This document shows, piece after piece, positions 39,213 to 49,239 of a DNA stretch of 64,000 nt. Below the pieces are notes generated by a model that was not told the DNA's origin, ran no database searches, and was given only the letters and a program-made list of their open reading frames with translations. The stretch spans positions 1 through 64,000 of the forward strand of contig JAWBQR010000001.1 of assembly GCA_038845265.1 (NCBI GenBank), read 5' to 3'. Position 1 is the first letter of the stretch. Every line of letters begins with the position of its first letter. The translations under genes were made by a program, and so were the position numbers. Source of the DNA: Nitrososphaerota archaeon. Its GTDB lineage: Archaea; Thermoproteota; Nitrososphaeria_A; Caldarchaeales; Calditenuaceae.

Positions 39213-40214
39213 TTATTTTGCATTTCCTTTAAACAACGGTGCAGCTATATCTGCGATATCAATCTGATCATTGCTGATATCCTCTAAATAAAAACATGCT
39301 CGTAAAATGATAGGCAAATTCTCTCCTAGGTTATTTGCTAATGAAAGGATTGTACCGATTAATTTATCGATTTCACCCTTTTTGTTTATCACATTAATAG
39401 CCAGCTCCGGATCGCATTTTAAAAAAGCGTCAAACGCTTCCGATTGATTTTTAGATAGATGTTCGCCAATGTCTTTTATTTTTATTAAGATCTGAGAGCT
39501 TGGACGATAATCATGGCTTGTTTTTACAATTGATGCCAATGACGCCGCCTTGTCTCCTATCTCTTCTAGTAGTTTTGCAACTAATCGTATATCCATTAAC
39601 CTTAAAGGAGTAATATTGAGTTTTCTGGCCAGACTCAGGTCTCGAATCGCGGCTCTAACTACCCTTACAAGAGTAAAATAATGCCTATCTACTTCTTCAT
39701 CCCTGTTTTCGGTACTTTCAGCCCTATCAAGGTCCCAATTTACAAAGGCTTGGACCGCGTCGTTTATCATGCTCGTCACAAGTGCGTTCTGCCTGTGTAA
39801 CACTTTCGTGGGCTCTACTGCCTCTGGGTCGAGTAAAATCTGGACCTCAATTTTGTTTGGAGCCTCTTCAATTATTTCTGCCCCAGCTAGTCCCCTTATT
39901 GTCTTCTTGGCTTCAGACAAGAGCTTCGCGGGAAATCCCTTATCAGACGTTACTATAATGTGATCATAACCTAACAGATACCCCCATATCAAGTCTCTTA
40001 CTAATCGACGTGATTCCTTTATTAGAAGTGACGAAGATGTCGGCTGCACTGCTGTCTTCTCAGGTGCAATTACCAAACTACCGTCCTCTTTTATCTGCAA
40101 GAGAAGATGGTCGCCTGGCGAAAGTTTATTGTCAGCTATCCATCCTTTAGGAAGCGTGACCGCAAATGATCTCCCTCCCGCAATCTGGAGTTTCCTCCTA
40201 TACGTATTATTCAT
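39213..40214 (-). CDS. phoU: Phosphate uptake regulator (AbrB domain plus PhoU)
   Basis: RRKLQIAGGRSFAVTLPKGW, DEEVDR and LEEIGD. Confidence 0.88.
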   Translation of the reverse strand: MNNTYRRKLQIAGGRSFAVTLPKGWIADNKLSPGDHLLLQIKEDGSLVIAPEKTAVQPTSSSLLIKESRRLVRDLIWGYLLGYDHIIVTSDKGFPAKLLSEAKKTIRGLAGAEIIEEAPNKIEVQILLDPEAVEPTKVLHRQNALVTSMINDAVQAFVNWDLDRAESTENRDEEVDRHYFTLVRVVRAAIRDLSLARKLNITPLRLMDIRLVAKLLEEIGDKAASLASIVKTSHDYRPSSQILIKIKDIGEHLSKNQSEAFDAFLKCDPELAINVINKKGEIDKLIGTILSLANNLGENLPIILRACFYLEDISNDQIDIADIAAPLFKGNAK

Positions 40215-40268
40215 AAGTAAAACTTGTCATTTATTGCTCATAAGTCTTAACACCTCTTCTTCATTAAG

Positions 40269-41168
40269 TCAGGACATGTATGGATGTATGCCGAAGAGTC
40301 TTCCAAGAGCCTCTCCGAATAAAAATGCAGCGAAGGCAGTTCCTATCGTCAATGAAAACCCAGTCACGAATTCTTTAGTTATTGATTCCTCCCTTAAGAC
40401 AGCTCCATAAGTTGTGAAAATCGCAATCATAATTATCGCAAAACTTAATGAGGATAAAAATGCCATAAGCATTTCTGTAATGAAAAAATACGGCAAGGCG
40501 AGGAAGCTTACAGCTCCAAGATATGAAGTTCCAGTAATTGTCGCGGAGGTTAAGGGCTTAAAGCTGGCACCATGCTTTGCTTGGAGATATGCTGCTGATG
40601 CCATAGATATTGAAGCAGCAAAACCAACGACTAATCCAGCGATACCAGCTATTAATGTTGAACTAGTAACACCTAAGAAGCCAGCGTGAACACCAGTAAT
40701 CTCGATAATTGCGTCCGCTAATCCAAGCACGACAAAGCTCATATATTTTACAACTGATTCATTTATTTGAGACATAAAGTAGCTTTCATGTTCCTTCTCG
40801 TCCTTAATTATTTTAAGAAGAACCTGTTTATCTTCTTCCTTGAGTTTTGGAAGAATGTATTCGTATGCCTTTATTGTTTCTTTTTCGTGTCTTTCAAATA
40901 GTTTAAGAGTAAACGTTAATCCGAAAATAATTCTAAAGACATACAGAATAAAAACTTTGATACTGCTTATCCTAACAACAAAATTATTATGCGATAGAGA
41001 TTTCCAAAATTCGAAATGAGTCTTTTCGATCTCGGCTAGTTTTTCCAGTGTCATTTTATAGTTTTCATTCTTTTCTCTTTTCGATAACTCTTTGTATATG
41101 ACATAATCTGCAAATTCATCCATCGCAAATTTTAAAATTTGCTGCTCCTGAATATATTTACTAGACAT
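40269..41168 (-). CDS. Ferritin-like (rubrerythrin) domain fused to VIT1/CCC1 transporter
   Basis: ExxH pairs (EKTH, EKEH), VLGLADAIIE and SMASAAYL with TM helices. Confidence 0.87.
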   Translation of the reverse strand: MSSKYIQEQQILKFAMDEFADYVIYKELSKREKNENYKMTLEKLAEIEKTHFEFWKSLSHNNFVVRISSIKVFILYVFRIIFGLTFTLKLFERHEKETIKAYEYILPKLKEEDKQVLLKIIKDEKEHESYFMSQINESVVKYMSFVVLGLADAIIEITGVHAGFLGVTSSTLIAGIAGLVVGFAASISMASAAYLQAKHGASFKPLTSATITGTSYLGAVSFLALPYFFITEMLMAFLSSLSFAIIMIAIFTTYGAVLREESITKEFVTGFSLTIGTAFAAFLFGEALGRLFGIHPYMS

Positions 41169-41276
41169 TCTTTTATGTTTTTCTTTTACAAAAATATATA
41201 CCGGATTTTATTTCTTATTTTTGCGTATTGGAGAGTTTATATTGTTCTGTTTAAGATAACCATTGGGTAAATTAAG

Positions 41277-41735
41277 ATGCCTAATTGGAAATATTCAGTA
41301 CAGATAACGGAGCCTGCAAAAACTGTCAAGGCGAGCCTAAGGGAGATTGATGTTTCTCCGAAATGGAGCAGAGAGGTATGTCAAGCAATAAAAGGATTAA
41401 GGATAGATAAAGCAAAGAAATTATTAGAAGAAGTAATAGCTAAGAAAAGAATGATTCCTTATAGGAGATATAGAAAGCTACGTGCACATCATTCTGAAAC
41501 AAAGGGACCAGGTGGATATCCAGTTAAGGTCGCCAGAAGAGTATTAAAATTGCTTGATTCACTGGAGGCAAACGCCGAGTTTAAGGGGCTCGACCTAGAT
41601 AAGCTATACATCACGCATGCCGTCGCTCATAAAGGACGCGTCATTAAAAAATTCTTCCCAAGAGCCTTTGGCAGAGCTTCTCCCCATAATAAGACACTTG
41701 TCCATATTGAAGTTATAGCCACAGAGATAGGATAA
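41277..41735 (+). CDS. rpl22: 50S ribosomal protein uL22
   Basis: SPKWSREV, GYPVK, PRAFGRA and HIEVI. Confidence 0.96.
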   Translation: MPNWKYSVQITEPAKTVKASLREIDVSPKWSREVCQAIKGLRIDKAKKLLEEVIAKKRMIPYRRYRKLRAHHSETKGPGGYPVKVARRVLKLLDSLEANAEFKGLDLDKLYITHAVAHKGRVIKKFFPRAFGRASPHNKTLVHIEVIATEIG

Positions 41736-41776
41736 AATTCACGTTTATATAGAGTCTACAAGGATTAAAGACAGAG

Positions 41777-42427
41777 TTGCCAACTACAGTGATGAAGATC
41801 CTCAGCAAGAATATAATACGAATGGAGATAGAGGAATATATTAGAGAGAGGCTAAAAGATGCTTTTTTCGGAGGAGTAAGCATAACTTCTTCACCAATAG
41901 GTACCAACATAACTATTTACTCAATGCGGCCAGGATTAGTCATCGGCACTAGAGGTAAAGTCATTAAAGCATTGCAAAAAGAGCTGGAAGAGAAGTTTGG
42001 GCTTGAGAATCTTCAGATCTCTGTTTCAGAGATAGAAGTCCCCGAGCTTAATCCATATGTTATGGCCCAGAGAATTGCACAGGCAATTTCGAGCGGAGTT
42101 AGATGGCGAAGAGTTGCCTTCTGGGCATTAAGACGAATAATGGACGCCGGTGCACGGGGCGCAGAGATTACTATAAGTGGAAAATTGACGTCAGCGAGGG
42201 CTAGGTCTGAGAAATTTTTCGCTGGAATAATGCCTAAATCAGGCGAGTTCGCTAAGCGATACGTTAAGACAGGCGTCGCTCATGTACAGCTAGCAACCGG
42301 CATATATGGAATAAAGGTGAAAATTTATCCGCCAGATGCTCCCTTAGCTGAGGAAGTTAAAATTGAAGAATTAAAAGAGGGACTAAAGGTGATGAGTAGT
42401 GAGGGCGCTCAAGGAGTTAAGAAGTAA
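41777..42427 (+). CDS. rps3: 30S ribosomal protein uS3
   Basis: KH domain RPGLVIG, PELNP and GARGAEITISGKL. Confidence 0.96.
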   Translation: MPTTVMKILSKNIIRMEIEEYIRERLKDAFFGGVSITSSPIGTNITIYSMRPGLVIGTRGKVIKALQKELEEKFGLENLQISVSEIEVPELNPYVMAQRIAQAISSGVRWRRVAFWALRRIMDAGARGAEITISGKLTSARARSEKFFAGIMPKSGEFAKRYVKTGVAHVQLATGIYGIKVKIYPPDAPLAEEVKIEELKEGLKVMSSEGAQGVKK

Positions 42428-42620
42428 GTCTGATGAAGAATTAATCGAGGAACTCCAAGAACTAAGGACAGAACTAAGAAATCTACGAACAAAGATAAGA
42501 TCAGGAGGAGCAGTTGAGAACTCTGGACAATTACGGAATATTAAGAGGACGATCGCGAGGATCCTTACAATACTTAATGAGAGAAAAAGAGGATTAGGCA
42601 AGAAACTTGGAGAAGAGTAA
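42399..42620 (+). CDS. rpl29: 50S ribosomal protein uL29
   Basis: ELR...IKRTIARILT; operon position. Confidence 0.93.
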   Translation: MRALKELRSKSDEELIEELQELRTELRNLRTKIRSGGAVENSGQLRNIKRTIARILTILNERKRGLGKKLGEE

Positions 42621-42906
42621 AACTAAGCGTAAGATAATATCTATGGTTGGGTATCAGGTCAAAATAAAACCAAAGTTTAGCGATTACGTGATTGATGGAA
42701 TGATTATTGATGAGACGAAAAATATGATAACGATTAGGGCTACTCAGGGCACCATAAAAAGATTTCCTAAAAACGCTATTTCACTTTATATATGTGACTA
42801 TGATAAGCACCTTTACTTAAAAGATGGCAAACAAATCATTGGCACTCCAAGCGAAAGGGTTAAGCGTATTCGTCGTAAGTGGGCAAAAACATTAGATAAA
42901 CGTTAA
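42607..42906 (+). CDS. rnp1: RNase P protein component 1 (Rpp29/Pop4)
   Basis: GMIIDETKNM, PK and G.P.ER; position between rpl29 and rps17. Confidence 0.85.
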   Translation: MEKSKTKRKIISMVGYQVKIKPKFSDYVIDGMIIDETKNMITIRATQGTIKRFPKNAISLYICDYDKHLYLKDGKQIIGTPSERVKRIRRKWAKTLDKR

Positions 42907-42954
42907 TACCTACACTCACCGTTTTTCATCAGACCAGCAGTAGAGTGGTCGATA

Positions 42955-43296
42955 ATGAAGCCGACTAGGAATATTGGACTTGACGTGACGCCTCCTACAA
43001 AAACATGTGATGATGAGAAATGTCCATATCACGGGTCTGTATCAGTTAGGGGCATCATAATTACTGGCAAGGTTATTAAGAAATACATGAAGAACGCTGC
43101 CGTTATCGAGAGAAATACTGTGTATTATGTAAAGAAATATAAGAGGTATGAGAGGAGACGTAAGAGAATTTCTGTCCACTTGCCGCCATGCATTGATGCT
43201 GATGTTGGCGATGTCGTTAGGGCAGCTGAATGTAGACCACTCTCCAAGACCATTAGTTTTGTAGTAATAGAGAATCTCTCAAGAAAGGGTGGTTAG
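42955..43296 (+). CDS. rps17: 30S ribosomal protein uS17
   Basis: [13 protein letters not shown] and ECRPLSKT. Confidence 0.96.
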   Translation: MKPTRNIGLDVTPPTKTCDDEKCPYHGSVSVRGIIITGKVIKKYMKNAAVIERNTVYYVKKYKRYERRRKRISVHLPPCIDADVGDVVRAAECRPLSKTISFVVIENLSRKGG

Positions 43297-43298
43297 AG

Positions 43299-43733
43299 AT
43301 GGCTAAGAGGTCAAGAGCAGTCTCTGAGGTGGGAATACTTCTTAGACGCCCAAATATACCTAGGACAATTACTCATGGAGCATTAATCAACTGTGCTGAC
43401 AACTCAGGGGCTCAAATTCTTAAGGTCATTCAAGTGGTAGGTTTAAAGGGTCGATTAAGGAGACAACCAGCAGCAGGGGTCGGCGACCTAGTGACGGTTA
43501 CTGTCAAAAAGGGAAACATAGAATTAAGGAAGAAGATCATGTATGCTATTATAATTAGGCAGAAGAAGCCTTATAGGAGACCCGATGGTACATGGATAGC
43601 ATTTGAGGATAATGCTGGAGTTTTAGTCACTCCTGAAGGAGACTTAAAGGGGACGGAGATAAAGGGCCCAGTAGCAAAGGAAGCCGCTGAAAGGTGGGCA
43701 AAAATTGCTAATGCTGCATCAATAATTATTTGA
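43299..43733 (+). CDS. rpl14: 50S ribosomal protein uL14
   Basis: CADNSGA, FEDNA and GPVAKEA. Confidence 0.97.
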   Translation: MAKRSRAVSEVGILLRRPNIPRTITHGALINCADNSGAQILKVIQVVGLKGRLRRQPAAGVGDLVTVTVKKGNIELRKKIMYAIIIRQKKPYRRPDGTWIAFEDNAGVLVTPEGDLKGTEIKGPVAKEAAERWAKIANAASIII

Positions 43734-43748
43734 GAGGGGGTAGAGATT

Positions 43749-44132
43749 ATGAAGCCCAAGGATCCGAGTAAACAACGTAAAAAATTGTTTAGAGCACCTT
43801 ATCACTTATTAAAGGAAATGATGAAGGCACATCTATCTAGTGAGCTTGCGGAGAGATATAAAAGAAGAGCTGTTCCTATAAGAAAGGGGGATACAGTGAA
43901 GGTACTTAGAGGGGAGTTTAAAGGGATTCAGGGCAAAGTAATAAATGTAGATAGGAGAAGGATGAGGATATATGTTGAGAATGTTACAAGAAAGAAGGCA
44001 GACGGGTCTACAGTGAATGTACCCATCCATGTCACTAAAGTAATGATAACTCAGTTAAACTTAGATGACGAGTATAGGAAAACCTTGCTAGAAGGAGGAA
44101 GAAGAGCCTTAGCTGAGTGGAAGGCAAGGTGA
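43749..44132 (+). CDS. rpl24: 50S ribosomal protein uL24
   Basis: KOW motif GDTVKVLRGEFKG. Confidence 0.96.
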   Translation: MKPKDPSKQRKKLFRAPYHLLKEMMKAHLSSELAERYKRRAVPIRKGDTVKVLRGEFKGIQGKVINVDRRRMRIYVENVTRKKADGSTVNVPIHVTKVMITQLNLDDEYRKTLLEGGRRALAEWKAR

Positions 44133-44139
44133 TGAATAT

Positions 44140-44856
44140 ATGAGACTAAAAAGATTAGCTGCACCAAAATCCTTCATAATTCCAAGAAAGGGAAAGAAGT
44201 TTGCTCCTCACCCAGTAGCGGGCCCACATCCGAAGAATTCTTCCATCCCACTTCTCCTCATCATTAGGGACTACTTGAAGTATGCTTCAACCGGGCTGGA
44301 GGCTGAGAAAATAATAAAAATGAAAAAAGTAATGATTGATAATCGATATGTCACTGAACCTAGATATCCTGTGGGATTAATGGATGTCATATCGTTGCCA
44401 GACGTCAATGAGCATTATAGAGTAATACCGATCTATAAGAGAGGATTAACATTAATTAAAATTGATGAGGATGAGGCTAGTTTTAAATTAGGCATGATAA
44501 TTCGAAAGACGATGGTTAAGGATGGCGCTATTCAGTTTACACTACATGACGGGAGGAACCTACTTTTCAAAAATCCCTCCTCGGATGTAAAGTTAATTCC
44601 AGTAGGAGATACATTTAAGATAAGTCTCCCAGACCAAGAATTACTTACACACCTCGAATTGGCAGAAGGTAACTATGGGTTGATTATCGCTGGTTCGAGG
44701 TCTGGACTCCATGGAAAAATAATCAAGATTGATAAGACGCCAAAATATCCTGCTAAACCGTTAATCCAGCTTGAGTCTAATATAGGAACAATATCTACTA
44801 TCCTGAAGTACGTAATGGTAGTAGGGGATGAAAAACCATGGCTGAAACTAAGTTAG
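44140..44856 (+). CDS. rps4e: 30S ribosomal protein eS4
   Basis: LKRLAAP, GPH, PVGLMDVI and HDGRN. Confidence 0.96.
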   Translation: MRLKRLAAPKSFIIPRKGKKFAPHPVAGPHPKNSSIPLLLIIRDYLKYASTGLEAEKIIKMKKVMIDNRYVTEPRYPVGLMDVISLPDVNEHYRVIPIYKRGLTLIKIDEDEASFKLGMIIRKTMVKDGAIQFTLHDGRNLLFKNPSSDVKLIPVGDTFKISLPDQELLTHLELAEGNYGLIIAGSRSGLHGKIIKIDKTPKYPAKPLIQLESNIGTISTILKYVMVVGDEKPWLKLS

Positions 44857-45368
44857 AAAATATCAATAGACGAATCAGGATATCAAAGGTTATAATTAAT
44901 TCAAGCCTAGGCGCAGCAGCTGCTAGGCTTGAAAAAGCATCGAAGATACTAGAAGAACTTACAGGACAAAAACCATCTCTTAGAAGAGCCAAAAAAACAA
45001 TAAGAGGGTTTGGAATTCATAAGGGAGAACCAATTGCAGTGATGGTAACTTTGAGGGGGGAGAAAGCAATTGAATTTTTAAAGAATGCACTAGCTGCAGT
45101 TGGAAATAAGTTAAAAGAAAGCAGCTTCGATGAGTATGGAAATTTTGCCTTCGGAATTAAAGAGCACTTGGATATTCCCGGAACTAAATACAATCCAGAA
45201 GTTGGAATTATTGGTATGGATGTGATAGTTAATGTTGATAGACCTGGACGTAGAGTAGAACTAAGGAGAATAAAAAGAAGCAAAATTGGTAGAAATCATA
45301 GGATAACAAAAGAAGAATCAATAGAATTCATTCAAAAAGAGTTTAACGTAGAGATAATTAGGGAGTAA
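44838..45368 (+). CDS. rpl5: 50S ribosomal protein uL5
   Basis: LTGQKP, VTLRG, GNFAFGIKEH and GIIGMD. Confidence 0.96.
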   Translation: MAETKLENINRRIRISKVIINSSLGAAAARLEKASKILEELTGQKPSLRRAKKTIRGFGIHKGEPIAVMVTLRGEKAIEFLKNALAAVGNKLKESSFDEYGNFAFGIKEHLDIPGTKYNPEVGIIGMDVIVNVDRPGRRVELRRIKRSKIGRNHRITKEESIEFIQKEFNVEIIRE

Positions 45369-45378
45369 AGTATTATTT

Positions 45379-47547
45379 TTAGATTTTTCCTATTATTGGT
45401 TCAAGGATGGTGCTTGCTGCTCTTTTAAGCATCTCAATATACTTTCTTGAGTCATAGCTGTATGTTGTTGATACATCAATAGGCACTGCCTTAAAACTAC
45501 CCTCATCTCTACATAGCACATAATTAAGCATAACCCCTGGCCCGGCATCTATGCCTTCTCTCCTAAGAATCTTAGCTGCACTTAATGTATATGTATTGTT
45601 AGAGTATATTTCAATTGGGGCGCAAAGCGACCTAGAGATCACTAAATCTTCTGGATCCACATTTCCCACCACGATTCTCCTAATATATTGATTTAGTAAT
45701 TGTTTACATTTTTCGGCTTCCTTAACTAGCTGTTGATGAGAGTTCGCTCTGCTTAAATTATTGAGCATCTCAATCTGCATTTTCTTAACTATCGGCGGCG
45801 TGTCGCGTCTTCTTGCCTCTATTCCTCTATACTTTAGTGTATTATTTCTAAGCACTCCGAAGTATCTATTATTGACGGGCCGTGAGGAGTGTGTCTTAGA
45901 TTTTAGAAAAACTATCCATTTATATCTACCTTCATAACTTACTGGCAGTCCTGTTTTATTCTCTATTTCTTCAGCTAGCTCTAAGTATTCATCATCGCTT
46001 GCATTCTTTTTCCATATCCAGAGCGAGTCCACTATTCCATGAATGACCTTAAATCTCCTCCTCTCGGCTATTTTTATCGACCTTAAAAGAACCTCCCTAG
46101 CATAGCTACACACAGCCATATGTGCTTCTCTTCTACCGAATTTTGCTTTTCTGAATCCTAGATAGCCGAATGACGTGACTAAGATCCATTTAAGCGCATC
46201 AGACCTGGCCTTATAAATCTCTTTTGAGACACTGTTGTCTTCAGATCTATAGAGCATTTTATAGATGAGTCTCCTTGTGATGATACTTTCTATTGCTCGC
46301 GGCACAATTCCTCGCCATTTTTTGCATATATGAAAGCCTAACTCCGGGACGATTTCGCCCTCGCCTCTGCAACATTCACAGTTTATAGTCTCTCCACTTA
46401 TGTTATGCCTAACCATTAGTTGAGGATAAAGACTCTGAAAATCTATCTCACCAACATTCCAATAGATTCCAGCCGCAGCATCGAGTATTAATCCTCCACG
46501 GTCGGCCCTCCTAAGTTTTTGGGCATCAATATACGAGGTTGTGTTTGGGGTCCAAGGAATTAATATGCCAAGTTTATAAGCATGGTAATATTGAAGAGAG
46601 CTCATACACATCCCTATTGTGTAACGAGCAGCAAGCTGTAGAGGTATGCGTGCAACTCTAGAGACCTCTACTAATCCATTCAGACCCGTAGTGGATGCAA
46701 GCATCGAGTTTTCCAAATCCACATGAATCCTACCCTTCAGAAATACAGGAGTGTGAGACCTGTAGATCCTCCCATAACTCATATACGAATAAGACTTTGT
46801 ACGTATGGGAATTGATCCGCTACATCTATTTAGTCTGAGCTCTAATCCAAGCACTGAAGCTCTATATTGCAGATATGGCAGTTGAAATGAATCGCCGCCA
46901 GCTGTAAGAATCACGTCTATGTCAAATTCTTCAAGAACATTTCCCAGCCCACGTATTATTGCTTCCTCGTCACCATCCAGCTCTACTCTTTCACTACCGA
47001 TAAGCACAATCCTTTCTATCCTATCATTGAATTGGGGAATCTTCCTGCTCTTTCTTGGAATAATTATTAATTTGGCAACTTGCATCCAATCTATATTATA
47101 ATTAACTCTGAGTTGTGATTCGAGGCTAGTTATTTGGTCACCTTTTACCGCGATGAGGGCAGTTGGAAATAAGTCATGTTCATAGAGAAAACTCTGCATA
47201 GATGGTAGATCAACGTTAAAAAGCTTAAACTCAACATAATTTCCCATTTCTAAGAGTTTTCTCGCCAATAACTTTTTAAAACCAATCGGGACCGATATCT
47301 CTAGTGCCTTTCTATTTTTTCTTCCAGGTTCGATAAATTTTTCAACAATATTAACTCGATAGCTACTGCTTAAGTGTTGATAAAGTTCGATTAATTTAGG
47401 AACTGGTCCAATTAAGCAGATCTTAGGAAGCCATTCTACGACGTGCTTATAGACATCCTTTGGGCCTCTCTTAATCCAGAGGGCCACAGAATTCGGCCCT
47501 TCAGGATGCAGGTCTAGGAGCCAGCCTTTGATCATAATAATTATCAC
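45379..47547 (-). CDS. polB2: Family B DNA polymerase, PolB2 group
   Basis: Motif A DFQSLYP; B2-type motif B KWILVTSFGYLG; motif C HGIVDS in place of YGDTDS; RGIEARRRD. Confidence 0.88.
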   Translation of the reverse strand: MIIIMIKGWLLDLHPEGPNSVALWIKRGPKDVYKHVVEWLPKICLIGPVPKLIELYQHLSSSYRVNIVEKFIEPGRKNRKALEISVPIGFKKLLARKLLEMGNYVEFKLFNVDLPSMQSFLYEHDLFPTALIAVKGDQITSLESQLRVNYNIDWMQVAKLIIIPRKSRKIPQFNDRIERIVLIGSERVELDGDEEAIIRGLGNVLEEFDIDVILTAGGDSFQLPYLQYRASVLGLELRLNRCSGSIPIRTKSYSYMSYGRIYRSHTPVFLKGRIHVDLENSMLASTTGLNGLVEVSRVARIPLQLAARYTIGMCMSSLQYYHAYKLGILIPWTPNTTSYIDAQKLRRADRGGLILDAAAGIYWNVGEIDFQSLYPQLMVRHNISGETINCECCRGEGEIVPELGFHICKKWRGIVPRAIESIITRRLIYKMLYRSEDNSVSKEIYKARSDALKWILVTSFGYLGFRKAKFGRREAHMAVCSYAREVLLRSIKIAERRRFKVIHGIVDSLWIWKKNASDDEYLELAEEIENKTGLPVSYEGRYKWIVFLKSKTHSSRPVNNRYFGVLRNNTLKYRGIEARRRDTPPIVKKMQIEMLNNLSRANSHQQLVKEAEKCKQLLNQYIRRIVVGNVDPEDLVISRSLCAPIEIYSNNTYTLSAAKILRREGIDAGPGVMLNYVLCRDEGSFKAVPIDVSTTYSYDSRKYIEMLKRAASTILEPIIGKI

Positions 47548-47849
47548 TCGAAAGTATCTTTATGATTACTGGATCTGCTAACCATCATCAAGCTATTTTT
47601 TACTTTCTTTTCAAGAAGCATAATTCTATGCTCATGATTCATGAGGATAGACATTATGAAGATTCTAAACACTTCTTGTTCAGGAGTCATTGTACCGGCA
47701 TGAATGTATCTAAATGCACCATCAATCATTCTCTCAAATACTTCACGTTCATCCTTCAATAATGCTCTTCTAAAGTTAGCCCATTTAGCAATCTCAGACT
47801 CAAGACGTTGACGATACGTTAGTGATGATCTACCCATTCCTGAATACAA
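47544..47849 (-). CDS. Small PolB2-associated helical protein (arCOG07300-like)
   Basis: MGRS..YR...W..FRRAL..EREVF pattern; directly upstream of and overlapping polB2. Confidence 0.75.
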   Translation of the reverse strand: MYSGMGRSSLTYRQRLESEIAKWANFRRALLKDEREVFERMIDGAFRYIHAGTMTPEQEVFRIFIMSILMNHEHRIMLLEKKVKNSLMMVSRSSNHKDTFE

Positions 47850-47975
47850 TTTTAATTACTTAATGATAAGTCAAGAGAGTTTTCCGAAAATGCATAGATA
47901 TAAAGAGAGGACGAGAAAAGTGACGGCTATAGTTGTGAAAATGGATTGTAATTGGCCATTTGAACTAGCGGGACT

Positions 47976-48962
47976 TTAGATATTATTAAGGACTAAATCC
48001 CTAAAGAGCTCTAATTTGTCATCAATGTGAGAGTCTACTAAATAAAACATGAAATATTGAGCTCCAGCCTCGCGTATTCTTCCTAGAAAATCTGTTATTT
48101 TTTCGGGACTTCCGATAGGATTATTCTTTACTATATTTTCAGTAGATGATAATCCCCAAGCTTCGCCGAGACGTTTTAGCCTAGATATAACCATCTCATC
48201 TGTTTTTTCCAATAGTACGATCCCATGATAAGTTAGTTCTACTTCATCTTTCTTTCTGGGAACACCGTCTAGATATTTTTGCAGTATCTCAATTTTTCTT
48301 CTATATGATTCAGGATCTCCACCGCCATTCCATCTATCTGCATGTTTAGCTACTACTCTCAAGGTCAGTTTTTCACCTCCTCCCCCAATAAGTAGTCTCG
48401 GTCTGGGCTTTTGCAGAGGCTTTGGATAGTTAATTGCATTACTTATTCTGTAATATTTTCCATTAAATGAGAACTCTTCTTGAGTCCACATGCCCTTTAT
48501 TATGATGGCTGCCTCCTCTAGCATGGCTATTCTTCTGGCATTAGATGGGAAATCGTATCCATAATCAATATATTCCTTTTCATACCACCCAGCACCTATT
48601 CCAAGCTCCATCCTGCCACCTGATATCACGTCGAAACTGCTGCTCATTTTTGCTAGTAATGAGGGCATCCTATAGCTATTACACGTAACCATTGTTCCAA
48701 GCCGAATAGTGCGTGATGCTTTTGCTAAGGCAGTGAGAGTAACCCATGCCTCGAAGACAGATTCCTTTTTTATTGTAGGATAAGTATAGAAATGATCATA
48801 AACCCATGCCGAATGATAACCAAGCCTCTCCGCTCTGACTAAAGTATTCTCAATCAGTTCATATTGTTTGTCATACGTGACCTCTGGCAAATCTAATCTA
48901 AAGCCTGTTGGAAGCACCAATCCAAATATTGGCTTCATATTAAATGGGATAACCAGCCTCAT
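47976..48962 (-). CDS. LLM-class flavin (probably F420)-dependent oxidoreductase
   Basis: WVYDHF, RLGTMVTC, GIGAGW, PKPLQKP and IGGGGEKLTL. Confidence 0.9.
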   Translation of the reverse strand: MRLVIPFNMKPIFGLVLPTGFRLDLPEVTYDKQYELIENTLVRAERLGYHSAWVYDHFYTYPTIKKESVFEAWVTLTALAKASRTIRLGTMVTCNSYRMPSLLAKMSSSFDVISGGRMELGIGAGWYEKEYIDYGYDFPSNARRIAMLEEAAIIIKGMWTQEEFSFNGKYYRISNAINYPKPLQKPRPRLLIGGGGEKLTLRVVAKHADRWNGGGDPESYRRKIEILQKYLDGVPRKKDEVELTYHGIVLLEKTDEMVISRLKRLGEAWGLSSTENIVKNNPIGSPEKITDFLGRIREAGAQYFMFYLVDSHIDDKLELFRDLVLNNI

Positions 48963-49067
48963 AAATATATTACTTCTATCATCTTTTGCGAGTAGTTTTT
49001 AAGACAAATTTTACATTTTCAATACAGACAAATATTTTTAAGTTAGGACATATGTAAAAAAGACCAG

Positions 49068-49232
49068 ATGGGTAAGAATAGGCCACCAAAAATGCGGAAA
49101 TTCGGAAAAGGAGTTGCAAAATGCAAGAGATGCGGAACCAGTGTAGGGGTAATTAGAAAATATAGACTTTACCTATGTAGAAGATGCATAAATGAAGTTG
49201 CCCCACTAATGGGCTTCAAGGTATATAATTAA
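49068..49232 (+). CDS. rps14: 30S ribosomal protein uS14 (Zn-binding type); absent from the ORF track
   Basis: Manual translation MGKNRPPKMRKFGKGVAKCKRCGTSVGVIRKYRLYLCRRCINEVAPLMGFKVYN. Confidence 0.95.
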   Translation: MGKNRPPKMRKFGKGVAKCKRCGTSVGVIRKYRLYLCRRCINEVAPLMGFKVYN

Positions 49233-49239
49233 ACAAAAT

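Noticed and set aside
45379-47547. PolB as a marker of a casposon or provirus
   Set aside because: The motifs are those of cellular PolB2; no Cas1, integrase, capsid gene or terminal repeats were seen
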